A DNA stretch of 64,000 bases. Source: Gemmatimonadota bacterium (GTDB lineage: Bacteria; Gemmatimonadota; Gemmatimonadetes; Gemmatimonadales; GWC2-71-9). This document shows positions 19,525 through 28,303 of the stretch, in pieces. The stretch spans positions 138,275-202,274 of the forward strand of contig SHZU01000004.1 of NCBI GenBank assembly GCA_009692115.1, written 5' to 3'. The notes under the pieces were generated by a model. It was given only the letters and a program-made list of their open reading frames with translations. It made no database searches and was not told where the DNA came from. Numbering within the stretch: the stretch's first letter is position 1; every line of letters begins with the position of its first letter. Made by a program: the position numbers and the translations under genes.

Positions 19525-19761
19525 ATGCACGTTTCGATCCAGTACTGCGTTCAGTGAAATTACCAACCCCGAGCCGCCAGGCTGGCGGCTGAGCTCAAGG
19601 ATGCGTTCCCCACAGTCGAGATCACGATGCTGCCCTCGTCCGGTGGCGTCTTCGAGGTGACGGTGGATCAGGTCGTGACCTTTTCGAAGAAGGCCCTCCG
19701 ACGGCACGCCGAACCGGGTGAGGTCGTCGGGCTGATCCAAAGCAAGAAACCGGCGGTTTAG
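19525..19761 (+). CDS. SelW/SelT/Rdx-family selenoprotein (CxxU), UGA-Sec at 19555-19557
   Basis: GGAG lies 9 nt upstream of ATG 19525. Translation: MHVSIQYCVQ-U-NYQPRAARLAAELKDAFPTVEITMLPSSGGVFEVTVDQVVTFSKKALRRHAEPGEVVGLIQSKKPAV. The Rdx-fold pattern is present (IxYCxxU, GGxFEV, SK). The gene is absent from the ORF track because of the TGA. Confidence 0.75.
19572..19590 (+). promoter_or_regulatory. SECIS-like hairpin downstream of the SelW-like UGA
   Basis: Perfect 7-bp stem AGCCGCC/GGCGGCT with loop AGGCT. It starts 14 nt after the TGA. Confidence 0.6.
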
Positions 19762-19770
19762 GAAGGGCCA

Positions 19771-20922
19771 ATGATGCGGGTTGCGATTTCGACCGGGGGC
19801 GGCGATGCCCCCGGACTCAATGCCGTGATTCGAGCCGTCGTGCTGTCCGCCCACCAACGCGGGTGGGAGTGCTTCGGGATCCGGCGCGGATATGACGGGC
19901 TCTTCGTTCGGGGCGGCGGCCGCTCCTTTTCCTACGGGAGCGCCTATGAGGGGCCGGATCGTCGTCGTGGCGATCCGGCGGGTGGCCTGATGCCGCTCGG
20001 TCCCGATCAGGTTCGGGGCATTACCCACCTGGGAGGCACAATTCTCGGGACTACCAATCGCGGGAACCCGTTTCATTGGCCGACCCGGATGCCCGACGGA
20101 TCGATCCAGGAGATCGATCGGTCCGGTGAACTCCTGGAGTCGTTCCAGCACTATCGACTCGATGCCTTGGTGGCCATCGGCGGCGATGGGAGTCTGACGA
20201 TCGCTCACGACCTCTGGAGAAGAGGCATTCCGGTCGTCGGCGTACCGAAGACCATCGACAATGACGTCGTCGGGACCGAGGCGACCTTCGGCTTCGACAC
20301 CGCCGTCGCGACGGCGACTGATGCGCTCGACAAGCTCCACACCACGGCGGAAAGCCACGATCGGGTGTTCGTCGTCGAACTGATGGGACGGAACGCCGGC
20401 TGGATCTCGCTACACACCGGCGTTTCCGGCAGTGCCGACGTTATCCTGATCCCGGAGATCCCATTCGACATCGAGAAGGTCTGCCAGAAGATCCGAGATC
20501 GCGAAGCCAATGGCCGCCACTTCTCGATGATCGTCGTGGCTGAGGGTGCCCGACCAAAGAATGGCAGCGTGGCTCTGCTCGAGACGGCCAAGACCGGCAT
20601 GGTGGAACGGTTAGGCGGGATTGCGGCTCAGCTCGCTGCCACCATTGCCGAGCGGACCGGCAAGGAAACCAGAAGTCTGGTGCTTGGGCACCTCCAGCGC
20701 GGCGGTTCACCTACGACCTTCGATCGCTTGCTGGCGCTTCGGTTTGGCTCGGCGGCGGTGCGGGCCATCGCCGACGGCGACTTCGGATCGGTGGTGGTCT
20801 ACACGCCACCGACCATCAGCCGGCGCCGGATCAACGAGATAATGGGCAAGCAAAAACTGGTGCCCCTCGACAGCGGCGTCATTCTAACGGCCCGGAGCCT
20901 CGGGATTTCCTTCGGAGACTAG
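19771..20922 (+). CDS. pfkA: 6-phosphofructokinase (PfkA family)
   Basis: RVAISTGGGDAPGLNAVIRAVV, GGDGSLT, PKTIDND, MGRNAGW and GHLQRGG. There is an insertion of about 40 aa after the first Rossmann segment. It starts 9 nt after the selenoprotein stop. Confidence 0.9.
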   Translation: MMRVAISTGGGDAPGLNAVIRAVVLSAHQRGWECFGIRRGYDGLFVRGGGRSFSYGSAYEGPDRRRGDPAGGLMPLGPDQVRGITHLGGTILGTTNRGNPFHWPTRMPDGSIQEIDRSGELLESFQHYRLDALVAIGGDGSLTIAHDLWRRGIPVVGVPKTIDNDVVGTEATFGFDTAVATATDALDKLHTTAESHDRVFVVELMGRNAGWISLHTGVSGSADVILIPEIPFDIEKVCQKIRDREANGRHFSMIVVAEGARPKNGSVALLETAKTGMVERLGGIAAQLAATIAERTGKETRSLVLGHLQRGGSPTTFDRLLALRFGSAAVRAIADGDFGSVVVYTPPTISRRRINEIMGKQKLVPLDSGVILTARSLGISFGD

Positions 20923-21266
20923 TTCGGTTTGACGAACGGAGTGGCCGGACCGGCCAGCGCGGACCCGGGACCCGGCTTCCACCCGACGTGTCGCTCGATC
21001 AGGGACGCGACTTCAAAGTCCTTGGCCGTTATACCCCCGGCACTGTGGGTCGATAACGAAACCGTCACCCGGGGCCAGGTAATCAACACCTCGGCGTGAT
21101 GGTCGGCTGCTTCGCAAATAAATCCGATCGCGTTGGCCACTAACATCGACCCACGCCATCCATCGGTCGGAAAGACCCTTTGAATGACTCCGCCGGCTCG
21201 CTGCCACCCGGGGATCGCGGCCAGCCCGTCGGCAATCTCGGCGGTCGACATCGCCCGCTCAGCCAT
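20919..21266 (-). CDS. phhB: 4a-hydroxytetrahydrobiopterin (pterin-4-alpha-carbinolamine) dehydratase
   Basis: 115 aa with ...GWQR...I.RVF.....GSMLVANAIGFICEAADHHAEVLITWPRVTVSLSTHSAGGIT.KDF, the classic PCD/DCoH pattern. Confidence 0.85.
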   Translation of the reverse strand: MAERAMSTAEIADGLAAIPGWQRAGGVIQRVFPTDGWRGSMLVANAIGFICEAADHHAEVLITWPRVTVSLSTHSAGGITAKDFEVASLIERHVGWKPGPGSALAGPATPFVKPN

Positions 21267-21278
21267 GGGGGCTCTCGG

Positions 21279-21791
21279 TCATTGGAGGTCCAGTCGAAAC
21301 CGGCCGCTCTGACCGGGACTTTCCTCGACGTCGACCAACACCGACCTAACGCCGGCCATCCCCTCGAGGGCCAACCCGTCTCGAACTGCGAGGGCCAGAT
21401 ACTCGGCCAGTAACTCCGCCGTGGTATCGGAAACCGGGACGACCGCGACATGGGCGGTCGGGAACTGGAACCGGCGAACGCCCCGATATTGGACCACGGT
21501 GGCATCACCCTCCGTGCCAATCACCACCGTCGGGTTGGCGGCCGGTACCAGGACCTTGTGGTCGATTCGGTCGATCACGGGTCGCAAGATTTTCTTGACC
21601 ACGGCGAAGTCGACCACGAAGCCGGTGGTCCGGTCAACCGGTCCCTCGACCAGCACCGTGACGATGTAGTTATGCCCGTGAAGCGATTCGCACTTGTGAT
21701 TGGGGATCGTCAAGAAGTGCGCGGCGGAGAAGGTCAAATAGTCCTTCGACACCGAGACCGAAAAGTGCCCCCTCGTCGTGTCAGTTGCCAT
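21279..21791 (-). CDS. 6-pyruvoyl-/6-carboxy-tetrahydropterin synthase family protein
   Basis: ATG 21791 (MATDTTRGHF...). Motifs FSAAHFL and CESLHGHNY (Cys-x3-His-x-His zinc/catalytic motif). The track ORF start 21935 lies inside the upstream gene. Confidence 0.8.
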   Translation of the reverse strand: MATDTTRGHFSVSVSKDYLTFSAAHFLTIPNHKCESLHGHNYIVTVLVEGPVDRTTGFVVDFAVVKKILRPVIDRIDHKVLVPAANPTVVIGTEGDATVVQYRGVRRFQFPTAHVAVVPVSDTTAELLAEYLALAVRDGLALEGMAGVRSVLVDVEESPGQSGRFRLDLQ

Positions 21792-23334
21792 ACTCGGCCC
21801 GAAGCTCCTTCTTGAGGACTTTGCCCAACGCGTTGCGAGGAAAACTCTCTCGCAGCCGGACCCCGGCCACCCGCTGGTGTTTCCCGACCCGTTCGTTGAT
21901 CCACTGCTTGATTGCCTCGAGATCGGGGGTGACACTGGGCCGCGGGATGATTAGGGCCAGTGGCACTTCGTCCCATCGCGGGTCGGGAATCCCGATCACC
22001 GTGACGTCCGCGACGTCGGGGTGCTCCGCGGCGACTTCTTCAATGTCCCTCGGGTACACGTTGAACGCGCCTGACAGGATCATGTCCTTCTTGCGGTCGA
22101 GGATGTACAGAAAGCCCTCATCGTCGAGCTTGCCGATGTCGCCGGTCTTGAGATAGGTCCGTCCGTCGCTCGCCACCCAGATCGCCTCGGCCGTGGCGTC
22201 AGGCCGATTGTGATAGCCTTTCATCAACCCGGCACCCCAGCCGATGATTTCGCCGATCTGGCCCCGGGGTAGCTCGTTCCCGGCCTCGTCGATGATCCGA
22301 ATGTCGCTGCCCAGGCCTGGGGTGCCGACTGAATCAGCCTTGCGGAGGAGATCCTCGGGGCGGAGGATCGTATTGATCCCCTCCGTCAGCCCGTACAGTT
22401 CGAGAAGGACCGGCGCCATTTCGGCCATGACTCGGCGCTTGAGATCGGTCCGAAGCGTGGAGCCGACCGAAGAGAGCAACCGCAACGAACTCAAATCGGT
22501 CCGAGGAAGGTCCGGGTGCGCCAGCACCGCCTGATACTGAGGCGGGACCATCAGGGTGTGAGTGACGCGTTCCTTCGCGATCAATCGGAGAAACTCGCCC
22601 GGGTCGAACTTCGGCATGATGACCAGCCGGCCGTGCACGAGCAGGGTCGGCAGGAACATGATCCAGGTGCCGTTGCTGTAGAGCGGCGTCGTGACCAGGG
22701 TGACCGACTCGGTCGTGAACCGGTATTCGACGCAGAGGCCGAGGGCGAAGTTGGCCCGGTTGTAGTGGGTGTGGACGATCCCCTTCGGCGTCCCCGTGGT
22801 CCCCGAGCTGTAGATGATGACGCATTCATCCGCGACACCAATCCTGACTGATGGGGGGGTGGCCGATTGGCCATCGCGCCACCGGTCATACCCAGTCCAT
22901 CCTGGCGCCTCGAACCCGACGGAAAACCATCGGGTTTGGATATCCGGTAGCGCCACGAGCTCGGGCTCGATAACCCGGTCGAAGCTCGGACTGACGAAGA
23001 TCGCCCGAGCGCCACTGTCCGCGACCATCCGGCCGAGCGCCGCTCCCGGTGCGAGGAGCGACAGCGGCACCACCACACAGCCGGCCCGGCCGATGGCCAG
23101 GATGATCTCGACCATGTCGGTGCTGTTGCTGGTCAGGATCGCCACTTTGTCGCCCTTGACCAGTCCGGCGAGGAGCAAGCCGTTCGCTGCCTGACTGACG
23201 CGCCGGTCTAAGGCCTCCCACGTGAGACGGATCTCTCCGCAGACGACCGCCTCCCGTTTCGGGTAAAACGTCGCGTTGCTGCGGAGGATGTCGGATAACG
23301 ATGCCACCGGCAGCTGGTCGAACGACTGCACCAT
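21781..23334 (-). CDS. AMP-dependent acyl-CoA synthetase/ligase
   Basis: AMP-binding motifs IIYSSGTTGTPKGIVHTH, YGLTE, GDIGKLDDEGFLYILDRKKD and a C-terminal GKV..K. Confidence 0.9.
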   Translation of the reverse strand: MVQSFDQLPVASLSDILRSNATFYPKREAVVCGEIRLTWEALDRRVSQAANGLLLAGLVKGDKVAILTSNSTDMVEIILAIGRAGCVVVPLSLLAPGAALGRMVADSGARAIFVSPSFDRVIEPELVALPDIQTRWFSVGFEAPGWTGYDRWRDGQSATPPSVRIGVADECVIIYSSGTTGTPKGIVHTHYNRANFALGLCVEYRFTTESVTLVTTPLYSNGTWIMFLPTLLVHGRLVIMPKFDPGEFLRLIAKERVTHTLMVPPQYQAVLAHPDLPRTDLSSLRLLSSVGSTLRTDLKRRVMAEMAPVLLELYGLTEGINTILRPEDLLRKADSVGTPGLGSDIRIIDEAGNELPRGQIGEIIGWGAGLMKGYHNRPDATAEAIWVASDGRTYLKTGDIGKLDDEGFLYILDRKKDMILSGAFNVYPRDIEEVAAEHPDVADVTVIGIPDPRWDEVPLALIIPRPSVTPDLEAIKQWINERVGKHQRVAGVRLRESFPRNALGKVLKKELRAEYGN

Positions 23335-23344
23335 GGGTCTCCCT

Positions 23345-24673
23345 CTAGGTTTCCGGTTGCCAGGTCTTGCTCGCCTGAGCGGCGATTCGGAACGGCTTCA
23401 GCGTGACGAGAAAGGTGATCGCGGCGGCGGTCAGCCCGACGACCGTGACGGTCAACAGAGAGCTCCCGATCCGCATCTCGTCTTTGAAGGCGTAGTCGGT
23501 CAGCCACGCCACGAAGAATGGTCCGAGCGTTTGTCCGACCAGGTTGATCACGAACAGATAAAGCGCCGACGTCTGCGCCCGCATCGGAACCGGAGAAATT
23601 TCTTGAATCCCGGCCGCCGCCGCACCGAATCCGAACGACGCGAAGAAGGTCGAGGGGATCAACGCCCACTCCATCGCCCCGGTCGGGGCGAGCAGGAACA
23701 GGAACCCGGCTAACAGCTCTCCGGTCAGCCCGATCAGACCGATTCGGATCTTGGCGTCGGCGTATCCACTCCGGGCAATCCGGTCGCCAAGCCACCCGCC
23801 AACCACCACGCCGGCGACCCCGAAGGTGGCCGTCCAAAGTCCATAATAAAGCCCGACGTGTTGAGGCGTCCACCCGTGAACCCGCTGGAGCCACGTCGGA
23901 ACCCAGTAGGCCCAGCCGTAGTTCACCATCGCAATGAAGGCGAAGCCCAGGTTGTGCCCAAGGAACGCTCGGCGATGGCGTTTGATGTACCGGATCACCT
24001 CCTCCAGAGGTAGTGGCTTAGCGGAGCTGCCGCCGCTCATCGCGCCCCGGGTCGGTTCGCGGAGCGTCCCGACCCAGAGCGCGAGCAGGAGCCCCGGCAA
24101 TCCCACGATGAAGAACACCGCTTGCCAAGGCCTGACCTCGCCGACCAATGGCACCGTCCACATCATGGCGGTGGCCACTCGGCCGGTGACCCAGCCGCCG
24201 AGCATCAGGGCTAAGCCGCTTCCGAGATAGATCCCGAGCGAATAAACGCCAATGGCCGTGCCTAGGCGATCCTTTGGAAAATAATCGGCGATGAGGGAGT
24301 AGGCCGGGGGCGAAAGCGCGGCCTCGCCGACGCCAACGCCCATCCGGGCCAGGAACAGTTGCCAGTAGTTGCGCGCCATGCCCGAGAGCGCGGTCATCAC
24401 GCTCCAGACTGCGATTCCCCACGCGATGATCCGTCGCCGGCTCGTCCGGTCGGCCAGCCGGCCGATCGGGAGCCCCAGAATGCTGTAGAACAACGCGAAC
24501 GACAGACCCATCAGCAGGCTCATCTGGGTGTCGCTGACGCCAAGATCGTGCCGGATGGCTGGCACCATCAGGGCCAATATCTGGCGGTCGATGAAGGAAC
24601 AAACGTACGCGACCATGAGCACGGCCACGACGTACCAAGCGTAGAGCGGCCGGAAGGGGGGTTCGGAGGCCAC
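23345..24673 (-). CDS. MFS transporter (Spinster-like)
   Basis: GTG 24673 lies 5 nt after the upstream stop. Motifs ...FIDRQILALMVPAIRHDLGVSDTQMSLL...GRLADRTSRRRII..., and about 12 hydrophobic segments. The track ORF N-terminus (to 24922) overlaps the acyl-CoA dehydrogenase gene. Confidence 0.85.
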   Translation of the reverse strand: MASEPPFRPLYAWYVVAVLMVAYVCSFIDRQILALMVPAIRHDLGVSDTQMSLLMGLSFALFYSILGLPIGRLADRTSRRRIIAWGIAVWSVMTALSGMARNYWQLFLARMGVGVGEAALSPPAYSLIADYFPKDRLGTAIGVYSLGIYLGSGLALMLGGWVTGRVATAMMWTVPLVGEVRPWQAVFFIVGLPGLLLALWVGTLREPTRGAMSGGSSAKPLPLEEVIRYIKRHRRAFLGHNLGFAFIAMVNYGWAYWVPTWLQRVHGWTPQHVGLYYGLWTATFGVAGVVVGGWLGDRIARSGYADAKIRIGLIGLTGELLAGFLFLLAPTGAMEWALIPSTFFASFGFGAAAAGIQEISPVPMRAQTSALYLFVINLVGQTLGPFFVAWLTDYAFKDEMRIGSSLLTVTVVGLTAAAITFLVTLKPFRIAAQASKTWQPET

Positions 24674-24678
24674 CGGGA

Positions 24679-25827
24679 TCAGCCGCCGGCCACGAGTTTG
24701 CGGCCGATGATTTCCTTCATGATTTCGTTGGAGCCCCCGTAGATCATGGCTACCCGATTGTCGGTGTAGATCCGCGAGATCGGATATTCTTGCATGTAGC
24801 CATAGCCGCCGAACAGCTGGAGGCCTTTGTCCGCCACCCGTTGGGCCATTTCGGTGCACCACCATTTGGCCATCGAGGCCTTTTCGGTGGTCAGGACGCC
24901 CTGATTGAGATCGACGATGCATTCATCGATGAAGCTCCGCCCGATCTGGGCCTCGGTTTCCATCTCGGCCAATTCGAACCGGACATGTTGCAGGGCCGCC
25001 AGTTTGCCGCCGAAGGCCTCTCGTTCGCAACAGTAGTCTCGGGTCAGCGCAACGGCCGACTCCGCGCTCGCCACCGATCCGGCGGCGATCGTCAGGCGCT
25101 CGACCGGGAGATTGTGCATCAAGTACCCAAAGCCCCGGCCTTCCTCACCCAGGAGGTTGGCGACCGGCACCCTGACGTCTCGAAAGAACAACTCGGCCGT
25201 GTCTTGGGCGTGCTGACCGATCTTCTCGAGGTTGCGGCCCCGTTCGAAGCCCACCATGTCGCGTTCCACCACCAGCAAGCTGATGCCTTTGTGGCCCGCC
25301 GCCGGGTTGGTGCGCGCCACGACGATGACCAGGTCGCTGAGAATTCCGTTGCTGATGAAAGTCTTCTGCCCATTGAGGAGATAGTGGTCGCCCTGGAGGA
25401 TCGCGGTGGTCTGAATCCCCTGTAGATCACTTCCCGCTGCTGGTTCGGACATGGCGATGGCGGTAATGATCTCGCCGGAAACAGCCCCCGGGAGCCAGCG
25501 GCGCTTCTGCTCCGGCGAGCCAAGTTTGGTGAGATACGGCACCACGATATCGGTATGCAGCGGATAGCCCACCCCGGCGACCCCGGCCCACGCCAACTCT
25601 TCGGTGATGATCACGTTGTACCGAAAATCGGTGACCCCGCTTCCTCCGAATTCTTCCGGAACGTCCAAGCAAAGGAAACCCTGGCTTCCGGCCGCCGTCC
25701 AGGCTTGCCGCGAGACCATCCGGGCTGCTTCCCAATCGGAGTAATGCGGAACGACTTCCCTGGCGAGAAACGCTCGGAAGCTGTCGCGAAACGACTCATG
25801 CTCCGATTCAAAGAGACGGCGTGGCAC
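24679..25827 (-). CDS. acyl-CoA dehydrogenase
   Basis: 382 aa with ...ITAIAMSEPAAGSDL..., ...NGQKTFISNG... and ...FGGYGYMQEYPISRIYTDNRVAMIYGGSNEIM... Confidence 0.9.
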   Translation of the reverse strand: MPRRLFESEHESFRDSFRAFLAREVVPHYSDWEAARMVSRQAWTAAGSQGFLCLDVPEEFGGSGVTDFRYNVIITEELAWAGVAGVGYPLHTDIVVPYLTKLGSPEQKRRWLPGAVSGEIITAIAMSEPAAGSDLQGIQTTAILQGDHYLLNGQKTFISNGILSDLVIVVARTNPAAGHKGISLLVVERDMVGFERGRNLEKIGQHAQDTAELFFRDVRVPVANLLGEEGRGFGYLMHNLPVERLTIAAGSVASAESAVALTRDYCCEREAFGGKLAALQHVRFELAEMETEAQIGRSFIDECIVDLNQGVLTTEKASMAKWWCTEMAQRVADKGLQLFGGYGYMQEYPISRIYTDNRVAMIYGGSNEIMKEIIGRKLVAGG

Positions 25828-25992
25828 GGGTACCCCTCTGCGGTTGGGACAGAATCGAGGACGCGGTAAGCTACCGACTTCGTGGAGTCGTGGCCAACTG
25901 TCCCATCCCGGGGAAGTGATCCGTCCAAATCGAGGGACACTCGGCCCCGGATCGATCGGTTTCAGTAATTGTTGATTATCGACTTACGTCGA

Positions 25993-26008
25993 TGGCACAA
26001 GCCTCGCT
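25993..26008 (+). promoter_or_regulatory. candidate sigma-54 (-24/-12) promoter upstream of the small secreted protein gene
   Basis: TGGCAC-aagcc-TCGCT lies 39 nt upstream of ATG 26047. A 16-nt near-palindrome ATCGACTTACGTCGAT (25978-25993) abuts it. Confidence 0.3.
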
Positions 26009-26046
26009 ATTACCGGAGCCCGGAGACGCTTCAACCGGAGGACACC

Positions 26047-26409
26047 ATGTTCGCTCGTCGCATTGCCCTGATGGTTGGATTGGTCGGCCTCGGCGCCGAT
26101 CAGTCCGGTTCCGCCCAGCGGGTTTCCGCTGACATCCATATCGGCTCCGGTCCGGTTGGCGCCACGATCCGGCTCGGCGATCGCCCGGACTATCGGATCT
26201 ACGGCCGCCCGCGCCGGGCCTATGCCGAGGTGGTTCGTCCGGTCCGAGTGTATCAGGATGACCGGCGGTTCTACCGCTATGACGACTTCGATCGCTACGA
26301 CCGGGATCAGCGCCGTGGGAACGACCAGGGCCGGGGCGACCGCGACCGGTACTACAAGCGCAATGGTAACGGAGACGAGAACCGGTGGGAGCACGACCAC
26401 CAGCACTAG
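26047..26409 (+). CDS. small secreted protein with Arg/Asp/Tyr-rich low-complexity C-terminus
   Basis: GGAGG upstream of ATG 26047. Signal peptide MFARRIALMVGLVGLGADQSGSAQ. The tail is RRFYRYDDFDRYDRDQRRGNDQGRGDRDRYYKRNG...HDHQH. Family not recognised. Confidence 0.6.
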   Translation: MFARRIALMVGLVGLGADQSGSAQRVSADIHIGSGPVGATIRLGDRPDYRIYGRPRRAYAEVVRPVRVYQDDRRFYRYDDFDRYDRDQRRGNDQGRGDRDRYYKRNGNGDENRWEHDHQH

Positions 26410-26510
26410 TCGAGCATCATGGTAGTAAGGGTCAGCCAACCCTTCCTCGTTGAGCCCCCTTGCTCAAAATACCGGCTGACTCAGGAGACCCGAGGCTCCC
26501 AGCCGAGGGT

Positions 26511-26542
26511 ACAAACAACCCTGCGACGGCGGGGTTGTTTGT
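26511..26542 (+). terminator. stem-loop (11-bp stem ACAAACAACCC/GGGTTGTTTGT) followed by TTT; likely intrinsic terminator
   Basis: Read directly. It lies about 100 nt downstream of the small-protein stop and is immediately followed by heptamer repeats. Confidence 0.5.
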
Positions 26543-26543
26543 T

Positions 26544-26564
26544 TTCGGCGCTCGGCGCTCGGCG
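26544..26564 (+). repeat. tandem heptanucleotide repeat, 3 units (TTCGGCG CTCGGCG CTCGGCG)
   Basis: Read directly. Same unit family as 31327-31362, 52655-52689, 60400-60417 and 9948-9982. Confidence 0.75.
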
Positions 26565-26597
26565 GGGTAGATTTGGGGGACCTTTTGGCGGGGAGAT

Positions 26598-27203
26598 ATG
26601 ATGCTGGTGATTGGGGCGGTGGTGGCTTGTTTGGTGGGTCCGGCTGGGGCGGTTCGGAGTGATTCGTTGGTTCGGCTCTATGAGGGCGGGCGGACTTGGG
26701 TGGAGTTCTTTGAGGCGGCCAAGGATCGGAAGCCGATGTGGACGGATAACTACCAGGCTGGGGCGCCGGATTCGATGATCGGGGACCGGGCCAGGGCGGT
26801 CGGTGGGCAGTGGAGGATCCTTGCCGTGGCCGAGGATTGGTGTGGCGACTCGGCCAATACCGTGCCGTATTTGGTGAGATTGGCGGAGCAGGTGCCGGGG
26901 CTCGACATCCGGATTGCCAACTCGAAGGATGGCCGGTGGCTGATGGAACGGCACCAGACGCCGGATGGCCGGGCTGCGACGCCGACGATTGTCTTGCTCG
27001 ATGCCGCCGGGGAGGAACGGGGGTGCATCATCGAGCGGCCGCTAAAGCTTCGGGTGTGGGTGAGCGAGAACAAGTCCAAGTTGTCTGACGACGACTTTCA
27101 GAAGGCCAAGATGACGTGGTACCGGGAAGACCGGGGCCGGGAAACCGTCCAAGAGATGGTCTCGCTGCTCGAGGCGGCCGGCAAAGGACCTACTACCTGT
27201 TGA
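26598..27203 (+). CDS. thioredoxin-fold family protein
   Basis: Signal-like N-terminus. ILAVAEDWCGDSANTVPYL (WCGDS in the CxxC/S position of a thioredoxin fold), then PTIVLLD. Confidence 0.7.
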   Translation: MMLVIGAVVACLVGPAGAVRSDSLVRLYEGGRTWVEFFEAAKDRKPMWTDNYQAGAPDSMIGDRARAVGGQWRILAVAEDWCGDSANTVPYLVRLAEQVPGLDIRIANSKDGRWLMERHQTPDGRAATPTIVLLDAAGEERGCIIERPLKLRVWVSENKSKLSDDDFQKAKMTWYREDRGRETVQEMVSLLEAAGKGPTTC

Positions 27204-27657
27204 GTTTGGTGGCGTGGTAGCGCTCCATCATCCATTGGCCGTTTCGTTTTTCGAAGACGACGGTTTCCAGGAAGTGCAATGAGTCTGGGCTCCCGGTCTT
27301 CGGGGTCCAGACTTCGTCGTTTCGGAAGCTCGTCCAGGCGAGGTTGCCGCGGACTTGGGTTTCGAATCCAGACATCGCGGCCGTCTGACTCCCGGCTTCG
27401 AAGCCACTGACGATTCCCTGGACCAACCCGTCGCGGTCGATTCGGGTCGTGTCTTCGAAGATGAAGAACGAAGGCAGCAGGGGGGCGGCAACGCCGGCGG
27501 AATCGTGGGCATTGATGGCCGTGTACCACCGCGTCAAGACCCCCTCGATCGCGGTGATCTCAGCGGGATCGTTGGGAAGGGCTTGGGGGCCGCCGCCGGG
27601 CTGGCAAGCCACGGCCAGGAGTAGGAGGCCGACTCGGCTATTCGCGATCTTAGTCAT
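27193..27657 (-). CDS. NTF2-like (SnoaL/DUF4440-type) lipoprotein
   Basis: Signal plus Cys (LLLLAVACQPGG). ITAIEGVLTRWYTAINAHDSAGVAAPL... and a C-terminal ...VFEKRNGQWMMERYHAT, typical of the cone-shaped NTF2 fold. Confidence 0.65.
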   Translation of the reverse strand: MTKIANSRVGLLLLAVACQPGGGPQALPNDPAEITAIEGVLTRWYTAINAHDSAGVAAPLLPSFFIFEDTTRIDRDGLVQGIVSGFEAGSQTAAMSGFETQVRGNLAWTSFRNDEVWTPKTGSPDSLHFLETVVFEKRNGQWMMERYHATKLNR

Positions 27658-28225
27658 TGAGGACTCGCTCGATTCTGGGGTCGGGAACCAGCCACATTAC
27701 CGCCACAACCACATAGACAGCAAGGGCGAGCCAGCGGTTGACGAACGCCAGCGGGACCGCGACGGCATACAGAGCCAACGACATCTTGCCCTTGAAATCG
27801 CCGCTAACCGCGGTGGCGAGTTGGGAATCGCTCCCGTGGCGGGCGATCGGGGTCCTGGTCAGGACAAAGTAGCCAACACCGGCCATCAGCACGACCAAGC
27901 CGTAGAGCGCGACAGGCAATTCGGCGAAGTGGTTTTCGCCCATCCACCCAGCGGTGAACGGTACCAGGGAAAGCCAGAAGAGCAAGTGAAGATTGGCCCA
28001 GAGGCTGGCCCCGCTGACGTACCGGACCGCGTGAAGCAAATGATGGTGGTTGTTCCAATAAATGCCGATGAATGTGAAACTCAGCACGTAGCTGCCGAAC
28101 ACCGGGGCGAGGTTCTGGAGCGCGGCCAGGGATGGCTCGTGGGGGACTTTCAACTCCAACACCATGATGGTGATGATGATGGCAATCACGCCGTCGCTGA
28201 ACGCTTCGAGTCGGTTCTTTGACAT
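27650..28225 (-). CDS. TMEM175-family (DUF1211) potassium channel
   Basis: MSKNRLEAFSDGVIAIIITIMVLEL carries the RxxxFSD signature. Six hydrophobic helices. ATG 28225 preferred; the track ORF begins at GTG 28291 and ATG 28279 is also possible. Confidence 0.8.
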   Translation of the reverse strand: MSKNRLEAFSDGVIAIIITIMVLELKVPHEPSLAALQNLAPVFGSYVLSFTFIGIYWNNHHHLLHAVRYVSGASLWANLHLLFWLSLVPFTAGWMGENHFAELPVALYGLVVLMAGVGYFVLTRTPIARHGSDSQLATAVSGDFKGKMSLALYAVAVPLAFVNRWLALAVYVVVAVMWLVPDPRIERVLND

Positions 28226-28303
28226 GAAACCAAAATAGCCGGAGTTTGGCCCGGCAGGCACAGGGTAGTAGGATTCCATTACCCCCCCCACCTGGATGTT
28301 GCG

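Noticed and set aside
28282-28289. C8/G8 homopolymer between the divergent TMEM175 and RidA genes as a phase-variable element
   Set aside because: It lies in or next to the uncertain 5' end of the TMEM175 gene, and nothing in the sequence shows variability. It is noted only as a possible indel hotspot.
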